Below, piece by piece: positions 9,204-17,587 of a stretch of 64,000 bases of DNA; position 1 is the stretch's first letter; every line of letters starts with the position of its first letter. Both the position numbers and the translations under genes were made by a program. The notes under the pieces were generated by a model that did no database searches, had not been told where the DNA came from, and saw only the letters and a list, made by a program, of their open reading frames with translations. The stretch is from Myxococcota bacterium. Lineage in GTDB: Bacteria; Myxococcota_A; UBA796; SXON01. The DNA lies in NCBI GenBank assembly GCA_040386535.1, contig JAZKFH010000011.1, positions 64,001 to 128,000 on the forward strand, read 5' to 3'.

Positions 9204-10381
9204 GCGGCGCCCATCGCGTTGCGAACAAGCTCGACCTCGGCGTCGTAGCGCCGCGTGTGCGCGTCCGCGGTCCACGTGTGGCGCACGGACCGGACGTACC
9301 AGGTGCCGTCGAGGGCCTTGCCCGCGCCCTCCACCGCCACCGGACGCCGCGCGCGCAGGACCACCGGATAGCGGAGCGTCTGGACCGTGCCGGTCGCGCT
9401 CAGCAGCCAGTCGGACTCCTGGAGCTCCGCGGCCGCGAGCGTGCCGAGCTCGTGCTGATCGTGGGGCACGTCGGCGAACGGGAGGCCCAGCGGCGTGAGG
9501 TTCGGGCGTTGCGGCAGCACCTCGGCCAGCCGCGCGGTCAGCAGGTCCGCGCGCGAGCGGGCGCCCAGCTTGTGGTAGGGGCTCAGCTTCGCGCGGGTGG
9601 TCTGCACGCGGCGGGTGCGCTCGTCGAGGTGCCAGGACTGGGTGGTGGTGGGGTGGTGGCTCTCCCACCGCGCGCAGAACTCCAGCAGCGAGGGCTCCTC
9701 CCGCGGCATCAGGCGCAGCGGCGGCTGGGGCGGATCCCCGAGGCGCGGCTTGTGGAAGTGGCCCACGAAGGCGGCGCCCGGATGCGCCCCGGCGCTCACG
9801 GCCCCGGGCGCGCGCTCCATCCACAGCTCGAAACCGTTGCGCCGCGCCAGGAGGCGCAGGAACTCGGCGTCCGTGCCCCGCTGCAGGAGGGTGCCGCGGT
9901 CGGCGGCGCGGGACGGCGCGGTCTCGTCCACGTCGGCACCGAAGCCATACTCGGCGAGGATGGTGCGGACGATGGCGGCGTCGCTCCGATCGGTCCACGC
10001 GCGGACGCGATCGTCGAGGTGCATCAGGCACGCGGCGTCGTACCCCTCGAGCTCGAGGTGGGAGTCGGGCACGCGCTGGGGGCCGAACCGCGCCTCCACG
10101 CTGGTGACGTAGCCGTCGACCACGACCGTCTCCGAGCCCGCCTCGCCCTGCTCCACCGGCCCAAGCGAAAAGGCGAGGGTGACGCGCCGGAGCAGCGCGA
10201 AGCGGGGGTCGGCGAGCAGGTCCCAGTCGCCGTCGATCGGCGCCAGATCGAGCTTCAGCTTGAACCAGGTGGCCCCGTCCGCGCGCTCCTCCACCACCGC
10301 CGAGAGCAGGCGCTGGGGCGCCTCGACCCACGGCTCGCCGTCGAGCCACACCCGGATCCACGCTTCGCGCTGCGGGTTCAT
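9200..10381 (-). CDS. Baseplate hub (phage late control D / gp27-like) protein
   Basis: Contains DGYVT...LEGYD, WTDRSDAAIVRTILAEYG, QRGTDAEFLRLLARRNGF and GAGKALDGTWYVRSVRH. It is 393 aa and has no OB-fold or spike extension. Confidence 0.88.
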   Translation of the reverse strand: MNPQREAWIRVWLDGEPWVEAPQRLLSAVVEERADGATWFKLKLDLAPIDGDWDLLADPRFALLRRVTLAFSLGPVEQGEAGSETVVVDGYVTSVEARFGPQRVPDSHLELEGYDAACLMHLDDRVRAWTDRSDAAIVRTILAEYGFGADVDETAPSRAADRGTLLQRGTDAEFLRLLARRNGFELWMERAPGAVSAGAHPGAAFVGHFHKPRLGDPPQPPLRLMPREEPSLLEFCARWESHHPTTTQSWHLDERTRRVQTTRAKLSPYHKLGARSRADLLTARLAEVLPQRPNLTPLGLPFADVPHDQHELGTLAAAELQESDWLLSATGTVQTLRYPVVLRARRPVAVEGAGKALDGTWYVRSVRHTWTADAHTRRYDAEVELVRNAMGAA

Positions 10382-10674
10382 CGGTCGGCTCGGGGAATGC
10401 GGAGGCGACGCCCGACGGTCTCCAGCTCCGTCGGGGCCGCGGCCTCGTTGGCATCGAGGATGCGCCAGCTCTGGAGGGGGTCGCCGTACCAGCGCTGCGC
10501 GATGAGATCGAGCCTCTCCCCGGCCGCGACCGTGTGCCAGCCTGCCTCGTCGGCCTCCGCGGCACCTCGCGTGCCCAGGGACGCGGCGCGGCGCGGCGCG
10601 TACAGCTCGACCTGCCGGCCCGCGACCGCGGCGCGCCAGGTAGGGTGGGCGTCGAAGCGGGAGGACGTGCTCAC
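10378..10674 (-). CDS. Small LysM-domain baseplate protein
   Basis: SRF...HTVAAGERLDLIAQRWYGDPLQSWRILDAN...GRRLRIP; coupled by overlaps on both sides. Confidence 0.88.
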   Translation of the reverse strand: MSTSSRFDAHPTWRAAVAGRQVELYAPRRAASLGTRGAAEADEAGWHTVAAGERLDLIAQRWYGDPLQSWRILDANEAAAPTELETVGRRLRIPRADR

Positions 10675-11465
10675 GTGCTCTCCGGGCCGTAGGGCGCGGG
10701 CGGCTCGGCCACCGGGCGCGCGATCCCCGCGTCGGCGATGGGCGCCTTGAGCACGGCGGTGACCATGGCGCCGATGGACTGCCCCGCCACGCTGGTCTCC
10801 CCGCCCCCCTCGGCGGCGTCACGCCACGTCCCGCGGTTGCGTTGGAGCTCCTCGAACGCCTGCCAGATCACGGACGTCTCGGTGGTCTCGAGCGGCTCGA
10901 GGACACGCATCGCGAGGTCGATCTCCGCGCGGATCGGCACCAGCGCGGGATCGAAGCGCTTCTCGGTGATGGTCATCTGCGTGAGGATGACGGGGAACCG
11001 GCGCAGGCCCAGCACGAGCAGGAGCTCGGTGGGGAAGATGGGGTTGAGCCGGTTCTGGCCGGCGGGCGCCGCGCTGCGATCCACCCGCGCGTCGCTGCCG
11101 AAGGCGACGAGCTCGAGCTGGGAGAGCTCCGGCAGGATGCCCTTTCCCGCGTCCTGGCCGGACAGGATCGCCTCGGTCGCGTCGAACACCAGCTTGAAGG
11201 CGATGGTCTCCGCCTTCACGAAGAAGCCGGCGCCGCGGAAGCTGTCCTGCAGCTTCTGCTCCGCCGCCGACAGCGCCTGCTCCTTGCCCTGCCCGTTCTT
11301 GCGGTACTCCCACGCCCCCTGCCGGGTGCGGGTCACGCTCTCCGGGTTGTACTGGAACGTGAGCGCACGCGCCTTCGTACGGTCCCCCGACAGGATGATG
11401 AGCGCCCCACGCTCGAGGCGCTGCTTGTCGAAGGAGGCGAGCACGGGCTGGAGGGAGCGGGTCAT
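10671..11465 (-). CDS. CIS tube-initiator-like protein (Afp7/Pvc7 N-terminal type)
   Basis: FQYNPESVTRT...ETIAFKLVFDAT...GILPELSQLE...PVILTQMTITEKRFDPALVPIRAEIDL; located immediately before LysM. Confidence 0.82.
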   Translation of the reverse strand: MTRSLQPVLASFDKQRLERGALIILSGDRTKARALTFQYNPESVTRTRQGAWEYRKNGQGKEQALSAAEQKLQDSFRGAGFFVKAETIAFKLVFDATEAILSGQDAGKGILPELSQLELVAFGSDARVDRSAAPAGQNRLNPIFPTELLLVLGLRRFPVILTQMTITEKRFDPALVPIRAEIDLAMRVLEPLETTETSVIWQAFEELQRNRGTWRDAAEGGGETSVAGQSIGAMVTAVLKAPIADAGIARPVAEPPAPYGPEST

Positions 11466-11650
11466 CCGTCCTCCCGCCGGTCGGCGAGCGCGCGCAGGAT
11501 CGCCTGGTTGTTCTTGTCGAGCAGCGTGACGATGCACTCGGAGACGAGCGCGACGAGCGCCGCGTGGTCCTTCGGCGGCGACCGGAGCACCCACTGCACG
11601 TGGCGCTCCATCTCCCGGCGCGTCAGGCCGATGGTGTCCGGGGTGTCCAC
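11462..11650 (-). CDS. Small hypothetical helical protein (62 aa) within the eCIS operon
   Basis: GTG 11650 follows the previous stop and the ORF ends overlapping the next ATG: (M)DTPDTIGLTRREMERHVQWVLRSPPKD...LLDKNNQAILRAL. Codon usage is coding-like. Confidence 0.6.
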   Translation of the reverse strand: MDTPDTIGLTRREMERHVQWVLRSPPKDHAALVALVSECIVTLLDKNNQAILRALADRREDG

Positions 11651-11651
11651 G

Positions 11652-12494
11652 TCAGCTCCACGCGCCGTCGAGGGGGCGGCCTTCGAGCTGTCGGCGTACC
11701 AGCTCGAGATAGTGCCAGCGCCGCTCGCGCGGCAGGGCGAGGATGTGGTCCTCCGGCCAGTGGTAGTGCCAGGCGAGCGTGTGCACCTCGGCGAACAGGC
11801 GGCCCACGCCCGCGCGGGTGGCCTGCCGGAGCAGCTGGATCGGATCCAGCCAGAGGTCGAAGCGGGCGCGGCACTCCGGGCACCGCCCGATGATCCCGAG
11901 GTCCAGCGCGGAGGACTGCTCGGCGAACGCCAGGGCGACCTGCTGGCGCACCCCCGCGTCGAGCGCGAGCCAGCGTTCGGGCGACGGGGGCCCCTCCCCC
12001 GCGAGGTCCTCCACGAGCCGCGGCCAGATCGGCTCGCCGGCGGCCGCGAGCTCGTCGTCCACGCCGAGGGGCTCGCGCACCCGGATGCGCCCGGCCGGCG
12101 TATCGACCTCGACGCCGACGGCCTCGCGCGGCGCGCCCAGCAGCTCGCTGATCGACAGATCGAGGTCCGAGAGCGCGCGGCAGGTGGGGTTGTCGCACCG
12201 CGCCACGAGCGCGAGTTGGTCACCCACGAGCCCCTGCAAGACGGTCAGCAACAGGCGATGGCGGTCGCCGCGGGCGAGCAGCCGCACCAGCCCGAGATCC
12301 ACGTCCTCGAAGTCCCCGATGCGCCCGATGACGAGCGCGCACAGGCGTGACTCCGCGACCGGCCCGGCGGCCGACGCGGTCTCCGCGAGCAGGAGCTCGT
12401 GATGGCCGGTGAGGGTGGAGAGCTCCACCTCGCGGTGGACCTTCCCGGCCGCATCGACCACCCCGTGCGGGACGATCACCGTCGTGACGAGCAC
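11652..12494 (-). CDS. Tail/baseplate assembly chaperone-like protein with CxxC motifs and a DUF6760-like C-terminus
   Basis: Contains PHGVVDAAGKVHREVEL, GDRHRLLL, CDNPTC, CPECRARF and EVHTLAWHYHWPEDHILALPRERRWHY, typical of genes following the tubes in eCIS loci. Confidence 0.72.
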   Translation of the reverse strand: MLVTTVIVPHGVVDAAGKVHREVELSTLTGHHELLLAETASAAGPVAESRLCALVIGRIGDFEDVDLGLVRLLARGDRHRLLLTVLQGLVGDQLALVARCDNPTCRALSDLDLSISELLGAPREAVGVEVDTPAGRIRVREPLGVDDELAAAGEPIWPRLVEDLAGEGPPSPERWLALDAGVRQQVALAFAEQSSALDLGIIGRCPECRARFDLWLDPIQLLRQATRAGVGRLFAEVHTLAWHYHWPEDHILALPRERRWHYLELVRRQLEGRPLDGAWS

Positions 12495-12507
12495 ACGCTC
12501 TCCGAAT

Positions 12508-12999
12508 TCAGACCGGGTTCTTGGACTCGAAGCCTTCGTGCTGGATCTCGATGGACTCGAGGATCACCTCGTTCGCGTCGCCCGCGAGGTCGGAGAGCGC
12601 GGTGTACTTGGAGACCCAGGCGTTGTGGAGGGTGTAGAACTTCACGACGGTCTTGTTGTCGACGTCGTAGACGCGGATGTCCACGTCCTGGCGGAAGTTC
12701 GGCTCCTTCTCACGGCCCTTGGTGTCCCAGCGGTTCCGCACGAGCGTGGTGGCCCAGGCCTGGAACGTCGGGTCGTTGGTGACGCCGCCCTCGAGGGTGA
12801 CCGGGTCGTACGCGGTGCGGCCGGGGAGCAGCTCGCTCACGCTCGACTGGTCGCTCCCCGCGCGGAACTTCACCACCTCGACCGAGGCGGAGAGCTTCGA
12901 CATCTTGTGGCAGGCCGCCACTTCCTTGCCGCCGATCCAGATCCGGAAGTTGAAGTTGCGGAACGGGTCGCGCTTTTTTGAGTCCGAGAACCGCGGCAT
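12508..12999 (-). CDS. Tail tube protein (T4 gp19-like)
   Basis: DPFRNFNFRI...PGRTAYDPVTLEGGVT.DPTFQAWA...FRQDVDI...AWVSKYTALSDL...NEVILESIEIQHEG. Confidence 0.95.
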   Translation of the reverse strand: MPRFSDSKKRDPFRNFNFRIWIGGKEVAACHKMSKLSASVEVVKFRAGSDQSSVSELLPGRTAYDPVTLEGGVTNDPTFQAWATTLVRNRWDTKGREKEPNFRQDVDIRVYDVDNKTVVKFYTLHNAWVSKYTALSDLAGDANEVILESIEIQHEGFESKNPV

Positions 13000-13029
13000 G
13001 GCTGCTCCTTGAGGTTCAGAAGGTGGAGG

Positions 13030-13665
13030 TCAGAAGGTCGGCGTGGAGGGGTCGGAGCCGAGGACGAGCTGGAGCGCGCTCCCGGAGGTGGTGACGGGCT
13101 TGGGCAGCGTGGCGGCCTCGTCCGGGGAGGCGAGGCGGCTCCAGCCCTCGTGGACGAACTCCGCCGATTGCAGCGCCACCTCGGAGGTGAGCGCGTCGAG
13201 GCGGGGGAGCGCCTGGAAGCGTGACAACCACGCGTTTGCCAGGACGTAGCGGACCGACCGCGGCGGGTCGGTGGGGCCGGTGGCGCCCCGGTCCTGCGGG
13301 ACGCCGTCCCACACGTCGATGAACACCGTGCGCTTGATGGGCACCGACGGGCGCTTGCCGGTCTCGAGGAACTCGCGCACCGCGGCCGCCCACACCGCGA
13401 AGGTGTCGTCGAGCGCGAGCCCGGACTCGATGACCACCGGGTCCCACGTGATGCGCTCGGGGTTGGCGTAGCGGTGGAGGTTGTTGCCGCCGCTCCAGGT
13501 CTCCGAGGCGGTGGCGATCTGGGTGAGCCCCGACACCCGCTGCACCCCCGCCACCACGCGCGTGCCGGTCTGCACGCCCGCCGTCGTCTGGTCGAGCGGG
13601 ACGCTCACCCGGAACTGGAAGGTGCGCAGCGGATCGTGCTGGCGGAACGGGGGCGCGACGGGCAT
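13030..13665 (-). CDS. Second, divergent tail tube protein (gp19-like)
   Basis: DPLRTFQFRV...VSGL...WDPVVIESGL...NAWLSRFQALPRLDALTSEVALQSAEFVHEGW. Confidence 0.9.
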   Translation of the reverse strand: MPVAPPFRQHDPLRTFQFRVSVPLDQTTAGVQTGTRVVAGVQRVSGLTQIATASETWSGGNNLHRYANPERITWDPVVIESGLALDDTFAVWAAAVREFLETGKRPSVPIKRTVFIDVWDGVPQDRGATGPTDPPRSVRYVLANAWLSRFQALPRLDALTSEVALQSAEFVHEGWSRLASPDEAATLPKPVTTSGSALQLVLGSDPSTPTF

Positions 13666-15596
13666 CAGGTCACCAGCGTCTTCTGGCTGACCTGGATGAC
13701 CACGAACTCCGCCGGCTTGAGCGGGGCGAAGTACACGCGCGCGGTGACGACGCCGGCGTCGATGTTCGCCTGCGGGTTGGTGGTCGCGTCACACCGCACG
13801 AGGAAGGCTTCGGCCGGGGTGGTGCCCTGGAACGCGCCGTCCTGGAACAGCCGCAGCATGAAGTTGAAGATGTTCTGCCGGACCCGCTCCCACAACGTCG
13901 TGTCGTTCGGCTCGAACACCGCCCACTGCATGCCCTGGCGGATGGACTCGATGAGGAACAGCGCCGTGCGGCGCACCGGGACGTAGCGCCACTCCGGGTC
14001 GCTCGAGATGGTGCGCGCGCCCCAGGTCACGATGCCCGTGCCGCTGAACTGCCGGATGCAGTTGAGGCCGACCGGGTTGAGCAGATCCTGCTGGCCGTCG
14101 TCGACGTCGAACTGCAGGCCGAGCGCGCCGGGCACCGTGGCCTCGATGCCGGCCGGCGCCTTCCACACGCCGCGGCTGTTGTCGGTGCGCGCGTAGATGC
14201 CGGCGACCAGGCCCGAGGGCGGGACGAAGCGGGTGGGGTTGCGCCCGACGCCGAGCGGATCGTAGGCCTTGACCCAGGGGTAGTACATGGCCGCGTTCTT
14301 GGAGCGCAGCGGGAGCGTCTGGATGAAGCTCCGCGCGTCGAGCGGGTGCACCTGGAAGTCGTCGTCCTGTGCGCCCGGCCCGTCGAGGACGGCGAAGGCG
14401 CCGTGCTGCTCCGCCCAGGGCAAGAGCTTCGTGACGTAGGCGGGCTCGTTGGTGTGGCCCGGGATGGCGATGATGTTGACGAGCAGGGTGTCGAGCGCGT
14501 GGATGCCGGTGCGCGCGACCGGATCGCCGAAGTACTCGGTGGGGCCCGGCGTGCCGGTGCCGTCGGAGCCGTTGGCGAGCGCCACCGGCGCGGTGGTGAC
14601 CGCGGGGCGGACGTCGCTGTTCTTCAGGTCGTTGGCGGCAAAACCTGTCGCCACGGAGGTGAAGCCGAAGCTGCGGCTGAAGGAGCGCGGGTGGTTCACG
14701 CTGAGCGTGTCGCGCAGCAGGAGCGACAGCGCGGTCTTCGCGACGTCCGCCGGCTCGCTCGCCATCGCGACCACCACGGTGCCGGCAGAGGGCGACGTGG
14801 CGACGAAGTCGGGGCCGATCAGCGCGTTGAACGCGGCGAGATCACGCGGGCCGGCGGACGCCGCGAGCGTGACCGACTTGGTGTGGAGCACCGCGTCCCC
14901 CTGGCGGGCTTCGAGCACAAAATCCATCGCGTCGGTGTTGCTCACCGGGAGCTTGCCCGCGAGCCGGGGGCCGACGGCGGGGATGGCGGCGAACGTGCCG
15001 TCTCCGCTGGCGCCGGCGGAGGGGAACGCGGCGGTGATCTCGATGTACCGCGAGGTCTCCTTGACCACGCGCACGACATGGTCGTCGCTACGCGGGTCCA
15101 TTCGCACGTCGGTGAAGGTCTCCAGGGTGCGGGACAGGCCGCCTTCGATCACCGACACGCGCAGGGTGAACGCCTCGTCCGGGTACGCGTCGGACGCGAG
15201 CACGTCCAGCCGCAGCGTGCTCCCCCACGCCCCCGCGCCGCGCGCGCGCACGGCCAGGGCGACCGGGCGATTTCCCGCCGCCGGGACGACCGCGACCGGC
15301 AGCGTGACGGTGGCGGCCACCGCGTCCGCCGGCATCACGCGAACGACGTACGCCCGCCGCCCGCCGGCGTCGAAGAAGCCCTCGACTCCCGCCGCGAGGT
15401 AGCCCGCCGCGCCGCTCCGGTGCCCACCGAAGGCGGCCTGGTACTCCTCCATCGACGTGCACAGGGTTGCCCGGTTGGGCTGCCCGCGGGGGGCCTCCCC
15501 CAGGAACGCCGCGGTGGAGGTGCTGACGCCTTCGATGGGGCGGACCCCGCTCGAGACCTCTTCGACGTAAACGCCAGGGTGAAGCCGTTCGGCCAT
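13665..15596 (-). CDS. Contractile tail sheath protein
   Basis: MAERLHPGVYVEEVSSGVRPIEGVSTSTAAFLG...AAMYYPW...PPSG.VAGIYARTD..RGVWKAPAG...WGART...WRYVPVRR...FEPND...APLKPAEFV. True start is ATG 15596, giving 643 aa. Confidence 0.97.
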   Translation of the reverse strand: MAERLHPGVYVEEVSSGVRPIEGVSTSTAAFLGEAPRGQPNRATLCTSMEEYQAAFGGHRSGAAGYLAAGVEGFFDAGGRRAYVVRVMPADAVAATVTLPVAVVPAAGNRPVALAVRARGAGAWGSTLRLDVLASDAYPDEAFTLRVSVIEGGLSRTLETFTDVRMDPRSDDHVVRVVKETSRYIEITAAFPSAGASGDGTFAAIPAVGPRLAGKLPVSNTDAMDFVLEARQGDAVLHTKSVTLAASAGPRDLAAFNALIGPDFVATSPSAGTVVVAMASEPADVAKTALSLLLRDTLSVNHPRSFSRSFGFTSVATGFAANDLKNSDVRPAVTTAPVALANGSDGTGTPGPTEYFGDPVARTGIHALDTLLVNIIAIPGHTNEPAYVTKLLPWAEQHGAFAVLDGPGAQDDDFQVHPLDARSFIQTLPLRSKNAAMYYPWVKAYDPLGVGRNPTRFVPPSGLVAGIYARTDNSRGVWKAPAGIEATVPGALGLQFDVDDGQQDLLNPVGLNCIRQFSGTGIVTWGARTISSDPEWRYVPVRRTALFLIESIRQGMQWAVFEPNDTTLWERVRQNIFNFMLRLFQDGAFQGTTPAEAFLVRCDATTNPQANIDAGVVTARVYFAPLKPAEFVVIQVSQKTLVT

Positions 15597-15604
15597 GGGA
15601 ACTC

Positions 15605-17587
15605 CTAGGAAGGGGGGACGACTGCGGAAACGCCGGTGGCGGCGACGGTGTCGATGGGGTCGAGGTCGTTGACGCGCAGGCGGGGCTCGAGCACGAGCGC
15701 GGGCGAGGTCTCCGGGAGGCGCTCGTCGAGCCAGGCGCTGACGCGGTAGTCGATCGACACGCGGAACAGGTGGTTCAGCAGGTCGTCCTTGCGCGAGAGC
15801 CGGAGCTGCTGGAAGAAGAACTCCTCGCCGTGCACCAGCGTGGAGCGCTTGGACCAGGCCTCCGGCACGGGCCGGTCGAGCTCTACGACGGAGCCGACGA
15901 CGGAGCGGATGCGGGCGTCGAAGCGCCGGCCGCTGGGGATCGCGCCGTCCCGCGTGTCGGCGAGGTGGACGCTGTCGCCCGGCTGCAGCCGCGAGGCGCC
16001 CCAGACGAGCCGCCGGTTGTCGGCGCTCGGCGCGGCCATGGGGGTGCCGGCGACGTGGAGGTGCCAGACCGTGACGCCGACGCCGCCCGCGCCGCCGAGG
16101 GCGAGCGCGAGGTCGAAGGTGCCCGCGGGGGCCGCCCGCACCGCGCCCGGCGGGCCGATCGGGGAGGTGAGCGTGTGAGCCACGTCGCTCAAGAGCTCCA
16201 CCGCGAGGGAGCAGGCGCCGCTCGCGGGGTTGAGCCGCAGGTGCACCAGCAGCGGGGTGGCGCGGGCCTGCTGCTCGGCGGTGCCCGCCGGCGCGGTGGC
16301 GGGCGGGGTGTAGGTGACCCGGCGGTCGAAGACGCGCTGGGCGCCGCCCACGAAGCGCACCGTGGCGGTGACGGTGACCGTGTCCGATCCCAGCGTGACG
16401 CGGAGGGTCGCGGCGTCGCCGATGGTGAGCAGGTCGAACGCGCCGGCGGGCGCGCCCGGCGCGAACGAGAACCCGACGGTGGCCGCGAGGCCCGCCTCGA
16501 AGGGGTTCGCCGCGATCCGCGCGTCCTCGTAGAGCGGCGGGAGCCACGTGCGGAGGCGCGCCACGCTCCCGGCCGCGAGCACGAGCCCGGTGGTGTCGGC
16601 CGCGCCGCCCGCCCAGCTCTCGCCCGCCACGCGGTCGACCGGGCCGTCCCCCGCTTCGAGGTGCGCGAGGCTCCACGGCGAGGACGGCAGGCCCTCTTCG
16701 AGCAGGGTGAGCGTGGTGGCGCCCGCCGCGACGTCCGCGCCGAGCAGGCCGGGCCGCACGGCCAGCGCGCCGCGGGTGGGGACGCTCAGGAACAACACGT
16801 CGACCAGCTCGCCGAGCTCGGGTTGGGAGCCCGCCCAGAGCTCGATCCGCGCGTCCACGTTGACGGCGCGGGTGGGCGGGCGGCGCTGCCGGGTGAGCCG
16901 CGTCGGCAGCGCCACCCCGTCCGACAGGCCGAGGGCGGGCGTCGCGGTGACCACCCGCACGGCCGAGGCGAGGGTGGACCGCGTCTCCTCCGTCGGCACG
17001 AGGAACGGATCCGGCGGGGCGACCGGCGGCGCCGCGGGCGCCGGCTCGTAGGTGGGCGCCACCGGCACGCGCACCGGATCGTCCACCGCCCCCGCGCGGC
17101 CCGAGGCCACCACGAGCGTGCGGCCGCGCGGATCCCAGCGGCACGACACCCGCGCCAGCTCGGCGAGCCGCGCCGGGTTCGTGACGGGCCCGCCCTCCGT
17201 CCACGCCGCCGCGCGCAGGGCGGCCTCGATCTCCGCCGCGAGGGCGCGCGCTGACGGATCGGTGGCGAACGATCCGGCCCCGTGCGCGATCGTGGCGGTG
17301 GCCGCGCCGTCCACCTGCACCTCGATCGACCCCGCGGGCACGAGCCCCATGCCGCGCGGCGCCCCCCGCCACATGCCGGGGATCTGGAACACGACGAACC
17401 GCGGGCGCTTGTCGTCCCGCTCGGCGTCCCACGCCACCGCCAGGGGGCCGACGACGGACGCGAACGGCGCCACCGGCGGGCGGTGATCCGGGTCGGCGTA
17501 GCCGTGGCCGACCCCGACCCCGACGCGCGCGTACCGGGCCGAAGCGGCCACGACCCAGAGCAGTGCGTCGACGACTTCGGCGTTCAT
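15605..17587 (-). CDS. Putative tail terminator/cap (Pvc16/DUF4255-like position) with large inserted domains
   Basis: Immediately precedes the sheath gene. RIELWAGSQPELGELVDVL and FRVSIDYRVSAW resemble terminator elements, and the middle is beta-rich. The family call is inference. Confidence 0.5.
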   Translation of the reverse strand: MNAEVVDALLWVVAASARYARVGVGVGHGYADPDHRPPVAPFASVVGPLAVAWDAERDDKRPRFVVFQIPGMWRGAPRGMGLVPAGSIEVQVDGAATATIAHGAGSFATDPSARALAAEIEAALRAAAWTEGGPVTNPARLAELARVSCRWDPRGRTLVVASGRAGAVDDPVRVPVAPTYEPAPAAPPVAPPDPFLVPTEETRSTLASAVRVVTATPALGLSDGVALPTRLTRQRRPPTRAVNVDARIELWAGSQPELGELVDVLFLSVPTRGALAVRPGLLGADVAAGATTLTLLEEGLPSSPWSLAHLEAGDGPVDRVAGESWAGGAADTTGLVLAAGSVARLRTWLPPLYEDARIAANPFEAGLAATVGFSFAPGAPAGAFDLLTIGDAATLRVTLGSDTVTVTATVRFVGGAQRVFDRRVTYTPPATAPAGTAEQQARATPLLVHLRLNPASGACSLAVELLSDVAHTLTSPIGPPGAVRAAPAGTFDLALALGGAGGVGVTVWHLHVAGTPMAAPSADNRRLVWGASRLQPGDSVHLADTRDGAIPSGRRFDARIRSVVGSVVELDRPVPEAWSKRSTLVHGEEFFFQQLRLSRKDDLLNHLFRVSIDYRVSAWLDERLPETSPALVLEPRLRVNDLDPIDTVAATGVSAVVPPS

